Below are positions 46,047 to 59,126 of a stretch of DNA of 61,087 bases, one piece after another (position 1 is the first letter of the stretch; the number at the start of each line of letters is the position of its first letter). This DNA comes from an uncultured Mycoplasmataceae bacterium. Lineage in GTDB: Bacteria; Bacillota_I; Bacilli_A; Mycoplasmatales; Mycoplasmoidaceae. The position numbers were made by a program, and so were the translations under genes. The notes below the pieces were generated by a model. The model made no database searches, was not told the DNA's origin, and was given only the letters and a program-made list of their open reading frames with translations. The DNA lies in contig CASEIK010000036.1 in NCBI GenBank assembly GCA_949288005.1, positions 1-61,087 of the forward strand. The letters run 5' to 3'.

Positions 46047-49000
46047 ATGATTAAATTCAAACATAAGTTCACTATTTCAATTTTATCAGTAGCAACCATT
46101 AGTTCACTTTTTATTATTAATTTCAACACTAACAGTAACAAAAACATAGTAAGTAGTAGTAGTTCAACAGCTAGTGTACTTAATTCAACAGTTGCAACTG
46201 ATGCCACACCAACAAGTATAAAAGAACTTAATGCAAATGATTATAAGGTTAATGTATCTACAGAAGGTCTTTTTAAAGTTAGTGATGTGGATAAAAAGAT
46301 ATTTTCATTAAAAAATGCATCTCCATCAAGCGATTTTTGATCTATGTCTTTTCAAGGATTAATCAGTCCAGCATATTCATTTAAACCATTTATAGCAAAT
46401 ATAAAGGATTTCTATCAATTTAATTCACAATCTTTTGGTTTGAACGATTTAACATTACAAAATTTGAATACTGATGGTATTTCTATCAATTACACATTGT
46501 ATGATGATAGTTTTAATGCAATTTCTGATTTCTTGAATCCTGCTATTTGGAATATTAGTTCATATACCAGATCAAATAAAAATCAATTGTATGGTTTTAG
46601 TGAAGGTCCTACCAATAGACAAAATCTTTTTAATGAATCTATTTTTTTAAATAAAGATAGTAGTTTGCTACTTGTATCATCAAAGTTTGGTAATGAAACA
46701 ATTGTTCCTACATGAAGACCTAATTCACAACCTTCTGATGCTACACCTATTAATTTTGGAAATGGTATATATGAATTAGATGGTATGCCTGGTTGATTTA
46801 GTTCTGGTTATTTTGTCAATGAGAAAAATACAATATCATTTTATGTTCCAAAGAAAACACAGGAACAATCAGATTTTGAATTAGACACTTCAGCTGTTAC
46901 TGCTGATTTAAAGAAAATGACAGCTAATGATTTTATGAATGCTAATGTTAATAATTTTAGTGACTTATTGGCATTAAATATTAAAAATTCATTACCTATT
47001 TCTATACCAGGAAAATTAACTGCAGAGGTGTTCAATAATACAGGAAAAATAGTATTTAAATATCAACCTAGTAAACTTATTTCAGTTGAGAAAGTTGCTG
47101 AGAATAAATTCTATCAAAATGGGTTAATTGATAATAGTAATCCAGATAGTGGCTTAAAATTTGTTGTTGGCGAAATCTCTGGTTTTTATACAAACACTAG
47201 CATTAATGGAGGCACTAATATTGTAAGTAAACCAATTGGTAGCATTGGTGGTTATGTTAGTGCAAATGAAATCACAATAGAACAATTACAAGCAAGAGTT
47301 TTGGAAATAAAAAATGAATTATGAAATGAATGTCCAGATTTAGAATTAAATGACATTGTTATTTTGAAGGATACCATTTTGAGACCTAGTGCTGGTGTCC
47401 ATGATAAAAGTTGAATTAAATTTCAGGTATATCCAAAGTTTATTTATGTAAATGGAGACAAAGTTGAAAATAATTCTGATAATCCACAATTTAAATTAGA
47501 ATTAACTTTTACTGGTTTTAGTGCATTTGAAAAGACAAATATAGAACCAAAAACTACTTTTGAACCAAATGATTATATTCCAAGTGAATTGCCAATTTTT
47601 TTCAAAGATGGAGATTTGAAAAGTAAGTTGTTAATTTATTGTAATATAACTGGTAATATTACAGATGTTAATAATGTTGTAATAGACTCTATAGAAGTTC
47701 AAAACCCTAATGATCAGGCTGGTACTGCTACTTTAATCATTAAGGCAAGTAATTGTCGTTTAGAAGACCAAAGCAAAGGTGATGCTACCTTTACTGTTAA
47801 TTTATCTAACATTAAGACAATTAAAGATACAATAATTGATAATGATGCACTCCAAAATGGTTATGACTTTATTAGTAGTAGTCCATTTACAGTAGAAAAG
47901 TTCATTTATGATGTTTATACAAAGAGTGGTGATAGTTATGATAACTTCATGACTTGAATAAAAAAGCAAGTTTTATTAAATGAACCAATAGATGCAAATA
48001 TTACAACAGAATTTGATGCAACACAACCAAGTTTTAATTATTCAAACAAAAAGAAACAAATGAACTTGACTATTAGTCTAGACAAATACTATGCAAATGG
48101 CTCAACACACGATGAGAAAAAAGAATTTTCAATAGTTTTTGTAATTAATAATGCTTCTATACCAAATTCTCCAACTTCATTAACTAGTGATGGAATTGAA
48201 TGACAATATGATAATTTGTATGCGAATGAAATAACTGATGATAATATAAAAGAGTATTTATGAGCAAAATTAAACCCACCAAATGATGGTGATTTAAATG
48301 ATATCTTGTCATATCCGAGAAATTCAAATGGTAGCAAATTATCTAAAAATGACATTAAGTACACAATAGTTAATGAAAGTACTAAAAATATTGATGGTTT
48401 TATCACACTTAATTACCAATTAAACACATATTACGATAATGAAAATCTAAATACTGTTTGATGAAATGAAGGTTCACCAAATGAAACAGAGGTTTTAAGT
48501 TTAAAACTTGAAACTAAGGATATTAATTTAACCAAATGAAATGACGGATGAGAGAATGATGTTGTTAATGTGACTGGTTTTAGTGATATTTTGGCATCAA
48601 ATTTTAGTGAATTAAATAACAATCAATTGATTGAACAATTAAAAACTGCTATGCAATTAGGTGGTTATCTAGATGGTGTAACTGTAACTTATCAAATTGA
48701 TGGTAACCAAAATCAAAATGACATTTACAATGGTAAATTGAAACTTAATGTAACAATAAATCAGGCAATGGTTTATGATGAAAATAATAGTGATCCATCT
48801 TCTCCTGGTGGAAAATACACAAAACCTGAAAATGTTACTTTTAATAATGTTATTATTTCAGGGTTCAAAAAATATGGTTCAACTCAATTAGTTAATAATA
48901 GTGCATCAATTTTGGATTTAGAACCTACTACCGACACAACAGCAAATGATACTGAATGAACAATTGATAATCTTAAAAAATTAGTCTTTAAACATAAGGA

Positions 49001-51866
49001 TAAATTCTTTAAAAACTTACCTAATAATTTTGTCAAGGATAATATTGTTATTGACAATGTTCAATACAATGCATTTGGATTAAATAATGTTGCATCAGAT
49101 AATCCTACAATTGTTTTTGAAATTTTCCTTAATAATTATCTTTCTGTTTCTAATGACAATGTAGATGTAGGAAGTGATAAAAAATCATTTGGTAGAATAA
49201 CATTAACAGATTTTAGGAAAAGTGTTGCCACTTCTTTTAGTATTGAACAAAATGCAGGAAAAGATACTATTATTCCACAAAAGGTAGATGATTCTAATTT
49301 CAAAGAAAACATTGATTTATCCAAACTAGTAACAAATATAGTTAATGCACCTACTAACTTTGATTCTAATAATGATGTTAGTCTAGTAATAACACCAAAT
49401 TCTTGAAACAACAAAGATGGAACATTAACAGCTAATGTAACTATTAATAACATATATGTTGATATTGATAAAACTTTCCCAAAAGGTAGTTTTTCACAAG
49501 AAGTTAATATTACTGGTTTTAAAAAGATACAACCAACATCATTAAAAACAGATACAATCCAAATTGATGCTAGTGACTATTATGCTAGTAACATTCCTTT
49601 AGATAAATTAAAAGAATTAATTTTCGCAAAAAGAGATGAATTATTTGCTAATCTTGATGATAGTTTTCAAAGTACTAATATTATTTTAGAAGAAACTTCA
49701 CTTGAAAGAATTAACAATGACAATGATGAGGGTAAGATAATAATAAGATATGATGCTCAATCTCAAAAAGGATTAAAAATTAATAATTATTATGATAATG
49801 ACTCAAAATATACTTGAATTAATGGTACTCAAGAAAAACTTTTTGATCAGGAAATTATCATTACTGGTTTTAAGCAAAAATTACCTACAAAAATTAATAG
49901 TGAAATAACCATTGATTCATTATCAAAGTTTGTAGCACAACAAGTAACTACTAGTGCTAAATCTGAAATTGAAACTCTTATTAAAAATTTTATTTTCGAT
50001 AATAGGAATACCTTATTTAATAGTTTGCCAGATAATGGAATTACTATTGACGATATATCTGTTGCTATTGTAGGTGATTCTTGAAATAACAGAGAAGGTA
50101 GTATTAAAACCAATGTTACTTTAAAAAAATATGTTAATGATAAAGGGCAAGATGTTGTTGATGGTTCTGCACCAAAGGTTTTTGATGATATTAAAATATT
50201 AGGATTCCAAAAAATTACTAGTGGTACAAGTATGTTAGATAAGTTAAATAAGACAATTAATTCTGTTCCATCAAAAGAAATAGATACTTATCCAGATAAT
50301 ACTGACATTAGTGTTATTAAATCTTATATAATTAAGCATCAAAAAGAAATCTTTAATTCTATTCCATATGCATTCATTGGTGATAAGGGTTTTGGTGATG
50401 GTGATTTAGATGTAGTATCTACTGGTACCAACCTTGTTGAAGGATCTATTATGATTACAATTAAAATTTTGAAATATTATCAAAACAATAATTTATGTTC
50501 ATACATTGATGCTTCTACTAGTGGTGATAAGCTAGAAATTAGTGGGGTTAAGTTTCTTGTTAATAGTTATAAACCAACTGATATTCCTAGCAATATTACA
50601 GATATAGTTCTTGATCCATCAATTACTATAAATAATGTTCCTATTTCAAATGTTTTAGCTCAAGATTTTGTTTCTCCATCTGCAAATAAGGATTCTGTTA
50701 CAAATGCTATAAAAAAACAAGTTGCTGGGATGTTTTCTGGTCAAAGTATTAATATAACTGAACAAGATATAGAAATTGTGTATTCTTCTAATTTTGATAA
50801 TATAAATGGAACAGTTCAAATTGAATCAATAAAAATTATTAATAACAAATGAATTGGTGGGGATGGTCATAGTGTAGAAAAATTTGAAATTACAAGCAGT
50901 AATTCCCCATACAATAAAGCTATCTTAGTCAGTGGGTTTAAAAAAATTACACCAACAAAGGTTTTACAAAAAATGTTTAATTCATTTAAAATGACTGGAT
51001 TTGATGCTTCAAAATATGCAGATTTATATCCTAATCAAATTGTACATAGTAAACAATCAGAACTAACCTCGGAATTTAAATCATGATTAATTTCTAATAA
51101 TACTAGTTGAGTTAGTAGTTTAAATATTCCTACAACTACACGTGTAACAGATTTCTTACAGATAACAGATATCAATTTTTCTAACAAGAATGGTACTATT
51201 TCTTTTAAATATTCAATTGATAAACAATATGTATTTTCTGGTGATAATGGTGCATATGGTAATCAGGGAAAATCTGGCACATTAGATATTGAGATAGGTA
51301 CAAAAATTGCAAATATTTCATCAGTTAATAATACTGTATCTATTAGTAGTTCAAAATTATGAGGTGTAACTCCTTCTGAATTTAAAGATCAAAATTCTAG
51401 TGAATTCACAAATATTATTAAAGATTTAATAGTTAAGAATTTAATTGAAGAGAAAAATGCTAATCAGAATGAATTTTTAGCTAAGAATTCACTATTCTCT
51501 AATTTGCCTAAAGAGTGATTAAATTTAAATGAAGACCAAATAAAAAATGCCATTAACATTGAATTTAAGTCACTTGATGATGGTAATGGTACAATGACTT
51601 TTTCTATTAGCTTAAATGGTGTTCCATATTTTGTTGAAAAGGAAGGCGATTATTTCTTAGAAGAAAGTTATTCAACTACTATGAATAAATCTACTAGCTT
51701 TTCTATTAAAGGATTTAAAACTAGTGATCCTTTCCCACTTATACCTGTAGTATTATCTGCTGTAGCATTTGTTATTATTGTAATAATAATTGCACTATCA
51801 TTATATTTCTTCTATAAGAAACGTAAATATAAAACTGTAACAGTAGCAAGCAAAAGTGAATTATAG
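46047..51866 (+). CDS. Giant repeat-containing surface protein (about 1939 aa) with N-terminal signal/anchor and C-terminal TM anchor; repeats resemble the mycoplasma Lipoprotein_17-type domain
   Basis: Seven track ORFs (46017, 46344, 46917, 47589, 48570, 50232, 51594) share one frame. I read 48960..50231 codon by codon and found only TGA. At least 10 modules of about 110-130 aa end in xxGF[KQS]K..PT. C-terminal [29 protein letters not shown]. Confidence 0.85.
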
Positions 51867-51907
51867 TATTTTATAATATGTATGTAACATATAAAGAGAG
51901 GTGTTGT

Positions 51908-53152
51908 ATGGAATATACAAATATATTACTTAATGATAAAGAAATAGAAGATGCAATAAACAATGAATTAAAAAGGCAACAATCACATATTGAGTTAATT
52001 GCTTCAGAAAACTATGTTTCGTCTGATGTGCTAAAGGCTGCTGGAAGTATTCTTACTAATAAATATGGTGAAGGATATGTAGGCAGAAGATATTATGGTG
52101 GTTGTGAATTTGTTGATAAGGTTGAAGAATTAGCTATTAGTAGACTTAAAAAACTTTTTAATGTTAAATATGCTAATGTTCAAGCTCATTCAGGTTCAAG
52201 TGCCAATTCAGCTGCTATTGCAGCTTTAATTCAACCAGGAGATAAAATCTTGGGGATGGGATTAAATTCAGGTGGACATTTATCTCATGGATATAAGGTT
52301 AGTTTTTCTGGTACATTCTATAAATCATATTCATATTCAGTTAATGATGAAGGGTTATTAGATTATGATGAAATTTTAAAAGTTGCTCAAGAAGTAAAAC
52401 CAAATTTAATAATTTGTGGTGCTAGTGCTTATTCTCGCTTTATTGATTTTAAAAAATTTAAAGAAATAGCTGATAAAGTAGGTGCAAAATTATTAGCTGA
52501 TATTGCTCATATTGCTGGAGCAGTTGCTACAGGATTACACCCATCTCCTGTAGGATATGCAGATATTATTACATCAACCACACATAAAACATTAAGAGGA
52601 GCACGTGGTGGTGTTATTATGACTAATGATGAAGAACTCGCTAAAAAAATTGATAAATGAATTTTTCCAGGATATCAGGGAGGTCCATTGTTTCATATTA
52701 TTGCTGCAAAAGCAGTTGCATTCAATGAAGCATTAAAACCAGAATTTAAATTATATCAAGAACAAATTATTAAGAATTCAAAGGCATTCTGTAAAAGGTT
52801 TAAAGAACTAGGTGCTAAAATCATTTCTAATGGCACTGATAATCATCTTTTCATGATTGATGTTAAGAAAAGTTATAACATTACAGGGAAATTGGCTACA
52901 GAAGTTTTAGCAAAAATCAATATCACAATCAACAAAAATTCAATTCCTAATGATGATGAGCCACCAGCAATTACTAGTGGAATAAGATTAGGTGTTCCTG
53001 CAATGACTACAAGGGGTTTAAAAGAAGATGAATTTATTCACCTAGCAAATATTATTGATAAAGCATTAAGAGAATACGACAACGAATCTACATTATTATC
53101 ATTGCAAGAAGAGATTAATGAGATAAATAAAAAATTTCCAATTAATAGATAA
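51908..53152 (+). CDS. glyA: Serine hydroxymethyltransferase
   Basis: ATG 51908 follows RBS AAGAGAGG. Motifs [11 protein letters not shown] and [14 protein letters not shown]. ORFs 51878 and 52688 are in the same frame. Confidence 0.95.
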
Positions 53153-54304
53153 TTATTTTAAATATTTCTTTAGTTCATTAACTTTATCTAATTGCTCTCA
53201 TTTAACATTTAAATCTTCTCTTCCCATATGACCATATGTTGCAAGATTTGAGTAAATAGGTTTTTTTAGTTCTAAATGTTCAATCATTTTACTAACAGAT
53301 AAATCAAATGTGTTTAACACTGCTTGGTAAATATCTTCAATACTTATCTTATTTGTATTAAATGTTTCAATAAAAATAGCAATAGGTTCAGTTAGACCTA
53401 TACCATATGCTATTTGAATTTCACATTTATCAGCAAGACCACTTGCAACAATATTTTTTGCAATGTATCTAGCAAAGTATGCTCCCGATCGATCTACTTT
53501 AGTGTAATCTTTACCACTAAATGCTCCTCCACCATGTCTAGAGAAACCACCATAGGTATCTACTATGATTTTTCTTCCAGTTAAACCTGTATCACCGATA
53601 GGGCCTCCAACTACAAATTTTCCAGATGGATTTACAATTGTTTGATAATCTTCATTAAGACCATATGACTTTATTGTTCTAGCAATAATTTCATTTGTAA
53701 CAAAATCTTTAAATTCTTTTTCATTATAATTTTCATCATGTTGTATCGACATTAATACTGTATGTACCTTTGGTTTTTTTTCATCTGTATAATCAATAGT
53801 TACTTGGGATTTCATATCTGATTTTGCCCATTTAAATTTTTTATCTTTTCTTAATTTTTCTGCTAGCTTTACAAGATCATGTGCAATAGAGATAGGTAAT
53901 GGCATGTAATTTTTTGTTTCATTTGTCGCATACCCAAAAACTATACCTTGGTCACCTGCACCAATTTCATTATTAATTTTAGCAACTGCTTGAAAAATAT
54001 CTGGTGATTGACTATTAACATTGGAAATAATTGTAAAATCATTTTCTGTATAACCTAATGGCTTAACAACATCTCATGCAGTTTTAGTGATATCAACATA
54101 AGAGTTGGTAGTTATTTCTCCACCGACAACAATTAATCTATTAGATGCAAAAACTTCACATGCCACCTTTGAGTTTGGATCATTTTTTAGACATGCATCT
54201 AATACATAGTCTGAAATCTGATCACATATTTTATCTGGGTGGCCTGCTCCAACTGATTCACTAGTAATTAAGATTTTCTTATCAATATTTTTTAGCATAC
54301 ACAT
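53153..54304 (-). CDS. metK: S-adenosylmethionine synthase
   Basis: ORFs 54074..54304 and 53198..53905 are in the same frame. Motifs [19 protein letters not shown] and [19 protein letters not shown]. Extended through TGA to TAA (complement of 53153-53155). Confidence 0.95.
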
Positions 54305-54387
54305 ATTATATTTTAAAAAATAAAATTAGTATAATTTTATTAGCCACTATATAATATATATTAATAAAGTGTAATATTAGAGGAAAT

Positions 54388-55869
54388 ATGGATAGAAAAT
54401 TTAATGATCAAGAATTAGTTAGAAGAGAAAAATTAAAGAAACTTCAAGAAAACAAAAGAAATCCTTATGAGGTTTTAAGAGTGGAGAGAAGTTTAACCTT
54501 AGCTGAATTTAATGAAAAATATGAAAAATTTTCTAAGGAAGAATTGCATGAAAACAAAAATCTTGAGGAAGAGACATTAGTTGGTAGAGTTTTAAACATT
54601 AGGCAAACATTTGCACAAATAAAGGATTTTTCTGGTTCATGTCAAATATATATAAACAAAAAAGAAAATGAACAAGTGTTTAATAATTTTAAAACTGAAC
54701 TTGATATTGGCGATATTGTTGAGTTTAAAGGTACTGCTATGAAAACTATGACAGGAGCTGTAACTTTAAATGTTACAAGCTTTAGAATAGTATCAAAATC
54801 ATTAAAAGTTTTACCTGAAAAATTCCATGGTCTAATAGATGAAGAGGCTCGTGCTAAACATCGATATGTTGATTTGATTGTTAATGAAAATTCAATGAAT
54901 ACATTTGTTTTAAGATCTAAGATAGTTACTCTAATTAGAAAGTATATGGATTCGCTTGGTTATTTAGAAGTTGAAACACCTATTTTGCAACCAATATTAG
55001 GTGGTGCAAATGCTAAACCGTTTGTAACCTATCATAATACATTGTCTAGAAATTTTTATTTAAGAATTGCACCTGAATTACCATTAAAAAAATTAATTGT
55101 TGGTGGTTTTGAAAAGGTTTATGAAATTGGTCGAATTTTTAGAAATGAAGGAATGGATTCAACACATAATCCTGAATTCACATCAATGGAGGCTTATACT
55201 GCATATATTGGAATGGAAGAAACTATGGATTTAGTAGAGAATATTATTAGATATGTTATTAATGAATTGAATATTAAAAAAGTTAAATATCGTGGTTTTG
55301 AAATTGATTTATCTAAACCATTCAAAAGAATTCATATGGTAGATTTTATCAAGGATGTTAAGGGTATTGATTTTAGAAAAATTACAAATTTAGATGAAGC
55401 TTTAAAATTAGCTAAGGAACATAACATTAATGTTCAAAAACATCAACACTCAATAGGACATATTATTAATCTTTTTTATGAAAATTTTTGTGAGGAAAAA
55501 TGTATTGAGCCAACTTTTGTTTTTGGCCATCCAGTAGAAGTTTCTCCATTAGCAAAAATTAATTATAATGACAAAAGATTTACTGAGCGTTTCGAATTAT
55601 TTATCGGTCAAAAGGAATTTGCTAATGCTTTTGCTGAATTAAATGATCCTATTGATCAATATGAAAGATTTGAATCACAAATTAAAGAAAAAGAACTTGG
55701 TAATGATGAGGCTGTTGAAATGGATATGGATTTTATTGAGGCTTTAGAATATGGTTTACCTCCAACAGGTGGATTAGGTATTGGTATTGATAGATTAGTT
55801 ATGTTATTAAGTGAAAATGATACTATTAGGAATGTTTTATTGTTTCCACATATGAAGGAATATAACTAA
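54388..55869 (+). CDS. lysS: Lysine--tRNA ligase (class II)
   Basis: Intact 493-aa ORF. Motifs GRIFRNEGMDSTHNPEFT and GGLGIGIDRLVMLL. Confidence 0.97.
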   Translation: MDRKFNDQELVRREKLKKLQENKRNPYEVLRVERSLTLAEFNEKYEKFSKEELHENKNLEEETLVGRVLNIRQTFAQIKDFSGSCQIYINKKENEQVFNNFKTELDIGDIVEFKGTAMKTMTGAVTLNVTSFRIVSKSLKVLPEKFHGLIDEEARAKHRYVDLIVNENSMNTFVLRSKIVTLIRKYMDSLGYLEVETPILQPILGGANAKPFVTYHNTLSRNFYLRIAPELPLKKLIVGGFEKVYEIGRIFRNEGMDSTHNPEFTSMEAYTAYIGMEETMDLVENIIRYVINELNIKKVKYRGFEIDLSKPFKRIHMVDFIKDVKGIDFRKITNLDEALKLAKEHNINVQKHQHSIGHIINLFYENFCEEKCIEPTFVFGHPVEVSPLAKINYNDKRFTERFELFIGQKEFANAFAELNDPIDQYERFESQIKEKELGNDEAVEMDMDFIEALEYGLPPTGGLGIGIDRLVMLLSENDTIRNVLLFPHMKEYN

Positions 55870-55871
55870 CA

Positions 55872-56759
55872 ATGCAAAAAATAAAAAACGAATATGTTTT
55901 AAAAAATTTGTTGAAAGAATCTATTGAAAAAAGATTAATTGAACGATTTTCATTATACAAAGTAGATCCTACTTATATTGTTAGTGATAATTACTCATTA
56001 AGACCACATAGAATGATTAACTTTGATAATGCTATAACAGGTGATATTTATTCTTTGACTGACCAAATGGATATTGCACTTTTAAAAAACATGCATGAAT
56101 TAGGTGTTGAACTTAATTCTGGATTTATTTGTTATTTTTGTAAGTTTAATCGGGATTATCAAAATAATGGGATTAACAATCATAGTGAATTTCATTTTAT
56201 TATTGAATATCATATAAGAGTACAAGATGCATGTAAAGAATACATGGTTAACATCTCAAATTTAATACTTGAAGAAATTAATAATGCAGTTAATGAATAT
56301 TCTAATGATTTTAAAGGTTTAAAAAGATTACCTAAGAAATTGTCTGTTACAAGTTTTGATTCTATTTGAAAGAAATATCCTACTCTGAAAATTAATGATG
56401 CTTTGAATCAAGAAGTTATTAATCATGAATTGTGCTTATTATTTGACATTAATGGTATGAATAAACGTTCAATAAATCTTTTAGGCGATAGCAAGTTAAT
56501 TTATACAGACAAGATTTATGGAAGTTTTTATTTGTATATACCTGAATTACAGAAATCAACATCAATAGGTTCAATTTATATATGTCCTACTCGAGAAAAC
56601 GTTGATAAGTATTTCGAAGATAATAATCTAAGTCCTGAAAAGTTTGAAAAAACCATTAATAATTTTCCTACAAACGATAATTATTTGATTATTGACATAA
56701 ATTTATCAATATTACTAATGTATATTCTAAATAAGAACAACATTAATGAAATAGTTTAA
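55872..56759 (+). CDS. AsnA-like (aspartate-ammonia ligase / class II aaRS catalytic-fold) protein, highly diverged
   Basis: ORFs 55872 and 56403 are in the same frame. Layout parallels E. coli AsnA as I recall it: an N-terminal helix, NRDYQ..NHSEFHF versus RPDED..LHSVYVDQWDWE, and a C-terminal INLSILLMYIL versus IGQSRLTMLLL. Call by eye. Confidence 0.45.
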
Positions 56760-56782
56760 AATTAAAGTATAATTTATAAAGT

Positions 56783-57784
56783 ATGAAGAAGGTAATTTCT
56801 GGTATTCAACCAACCAATAAATTAACTTTAGGTAATTATTTGGGGGCAATAAAAAATTATATTAATTATGCTAATGAATATGAGCTATTAATTTTTGTAG
56901 CTGATTTGCATGCTCTTTCATCAGAAAATGTAAGCAATATTAATGATAATTCACTAGAGGTTGTTAAAACATATTTGGCGTGTGGACTTGAAAATAGCAA
57001 TATTACAATTTTTAGACAATCTGATATTTCAGCACACACTGAATTATTTAATGTTTTGCTAAATAACACAACTATTGGAGAATTGAATAGAATGACTCAA
57101 TTTAAGGATAAATCTCAAAAATCTAAAAAAGCAAATGGAACTGAATTCATTACAACATCATTATTAACTTATCCAGTATTGATGGCAAGTGATATTCTCT
57201 TATATGATGCTGATTTAGTTATTGTAGGAAAAGATCAAAAACAACATCTAGAATTAACTAGAAATATTGCCGAAAGAATGAATAATAAATATGGACAAAC
57301 AATTTTTAAAGTTCCAGAAATTTTTATCAATAAATGTGGTGCAAAAATTCTAGATTTGCAAACTCCTAATAAGAAAATGTCTAAATCAAATGATAATCAT
57401 AAAGGTGTAATTTTCTTGGATGATGATGAACAAACTATTAGAAAGAAAATTTCTTCTGCTTTAACAGATAATTTTAATGTTGTTAAATATGACCCAGGAA
57501 ATCAACCAGGTATTAGTAATTTGATTGAAATATACTCTATGCTTACAGACATAAGTTTTGATGATGTAGAAACTAAATTTAAGAATATAGATAATTATGG
57601 AGTTTTTAAAAAAGAAGTTGCTGATGTAGTTTGAAATGAAATTGCAAAAATTCAGGATAAGATGAAGACAATTAGTAATGACGAAGTATATAAATTATTA
57701 AAGAAAAATGCTAATAATCTTAATGAAATTGCAAATAAGAAAATGAATCAAGTTTATTATATGATTGGAGTTAGAAATGAGTAA
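56783..57784 (+). CDS. trpS: Tryptophan--tRNA ligase
   Basis: GIQPTNKLTLGNYLG (HIGH region) and KMSKS. Extended through TGA to TAA at 57782-57784. Confidence 0.93.
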
Positions 57785-58655
57785 AAAGGTAAGTAAAAGA
57801 TATCAGTCATGAGATGAAAAAAAATTTTTAATTGCTTGTGATCTTGATGGGACATTATTAAATAGCGATTCAAAGTTATCAAAAACAACAGTTGAATATA
57901 TTAAGAATATAACATCACTAGGACATAAAATTTGTTTATTAACTGGTAGACCAAGTCAAGGTTCAATTGATATATATCATGAGTTAGGTTTGAATACAAT
58001 AATGTGTAACCAAAATGGATCATATATTTCTAATCCATCAGATAAGAATTTTACTCCTATTGTGATCACCTTTAGCAAAGAAATTTTGTTACGTTTATTT
58101 GCAAATAATAATCTAATGAAATATGTTAAGAATTCGCTTATTGAAGGGGTTAATAAAGGCTGATTATTAAATAACCAAGATAATATAATTTCTAAAAAGC
58201 AAATGATGGAAATGTTTCATTTAAAGGACAGAGACATTTCTATAATTGATAATGATTTATCAAAAATAGATACTGATATTTGTTCTATATTGATTCAAAT
58301 TGATAATATGGATAATATTAATTCAATAATCTATGAAATAAAAAATATTGCACCGACACTTATTGTGAGAACCTGAAGTGTACCTGATTATAGTGTTATT
58401 ATTGAAATTAATGGAACATTTGCATCAAAAGAAAATGCACTAGAATTTTTATGTTCTTATTATGGTATTCCTCTTGAACAATGTATTTGTTTTGGTGACG
58501 GTGATAATGACGTTGGTATGTTATCAAAGGCTGTTTGAGGTTTTTCTCTAAAAAATGCAAGTCCTGCAGCTAGATTAGCATCTAGATATATGACAAAATA
58601 TGATAACAATAATGATGGTGTAGTTAGAGAATTGTACAAATTCCTAAAAATATAG
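57777..58655 (+). CDS. Cof-type HAD-IIB phosphatase
   Basis: ATG 57777 overlaps the trpS end. Motifs IACDLDGTLL, LTGRP and FGDGDNDVGML. TAG at 58653-58655. Confidence 0.85.
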
Positions 58656-59126
58656 ATTAGTATCATCGATATATACTATTTTAGCTTCAATATTATTTCT
58701 ATCTAGTCTAATTTCACAATATGACTTTTTGTTGGAATTTTTAGGTTTATAAAAAAAACCAGAATTAATAAATATTTTTGATTCTATTGATTTAATAACA
58801 GGAATATGTGTATGGCCAAATAGTATGACATCAGCATTATTCTTAATAGCTAAATCTAATAATTTAACATATCAATCTTTTTCATAATTTCTAATATTTT
58901 GTTCATCACCATGAACCAATAGGAATTTAAAATTTTCAATTTCAAAAACTTGCATATGTTGATTACCAAAATCATTATTACCATCGACAAATCAATCAGT
59001 ATTTTTAATCATGAATTCATGAGAATTTAAGTGATCTCCTGCGTGAATAACATAATCATAATTGTATTTCATTCCAATTCAGTCATTATTAGCATGTGTA
59101 TCACTTATAAAAAGAATCTTAATCAT
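58644..59126 (-). CDS. YfcE/MJ0936-type metallophosphoesterase
   Basis: Hand translation from ATG 59126 gives MIKILFISDTHAN, HAGD, GNND, LVHGD and GHTHIP. TAG (complement of 58644-58646). Overlaps the uvrC stop by 8 nt. Confidence 0.8.

Noticed and set aside
54305-54387. SAM riboswitch before metK, or T-box leaders before lysS/trpS
   Set aside because: The metK/lysS divergent spacer is only 83 nt, and trpS is preceded by 23 nt. That is too short and too AT-rich for either element.
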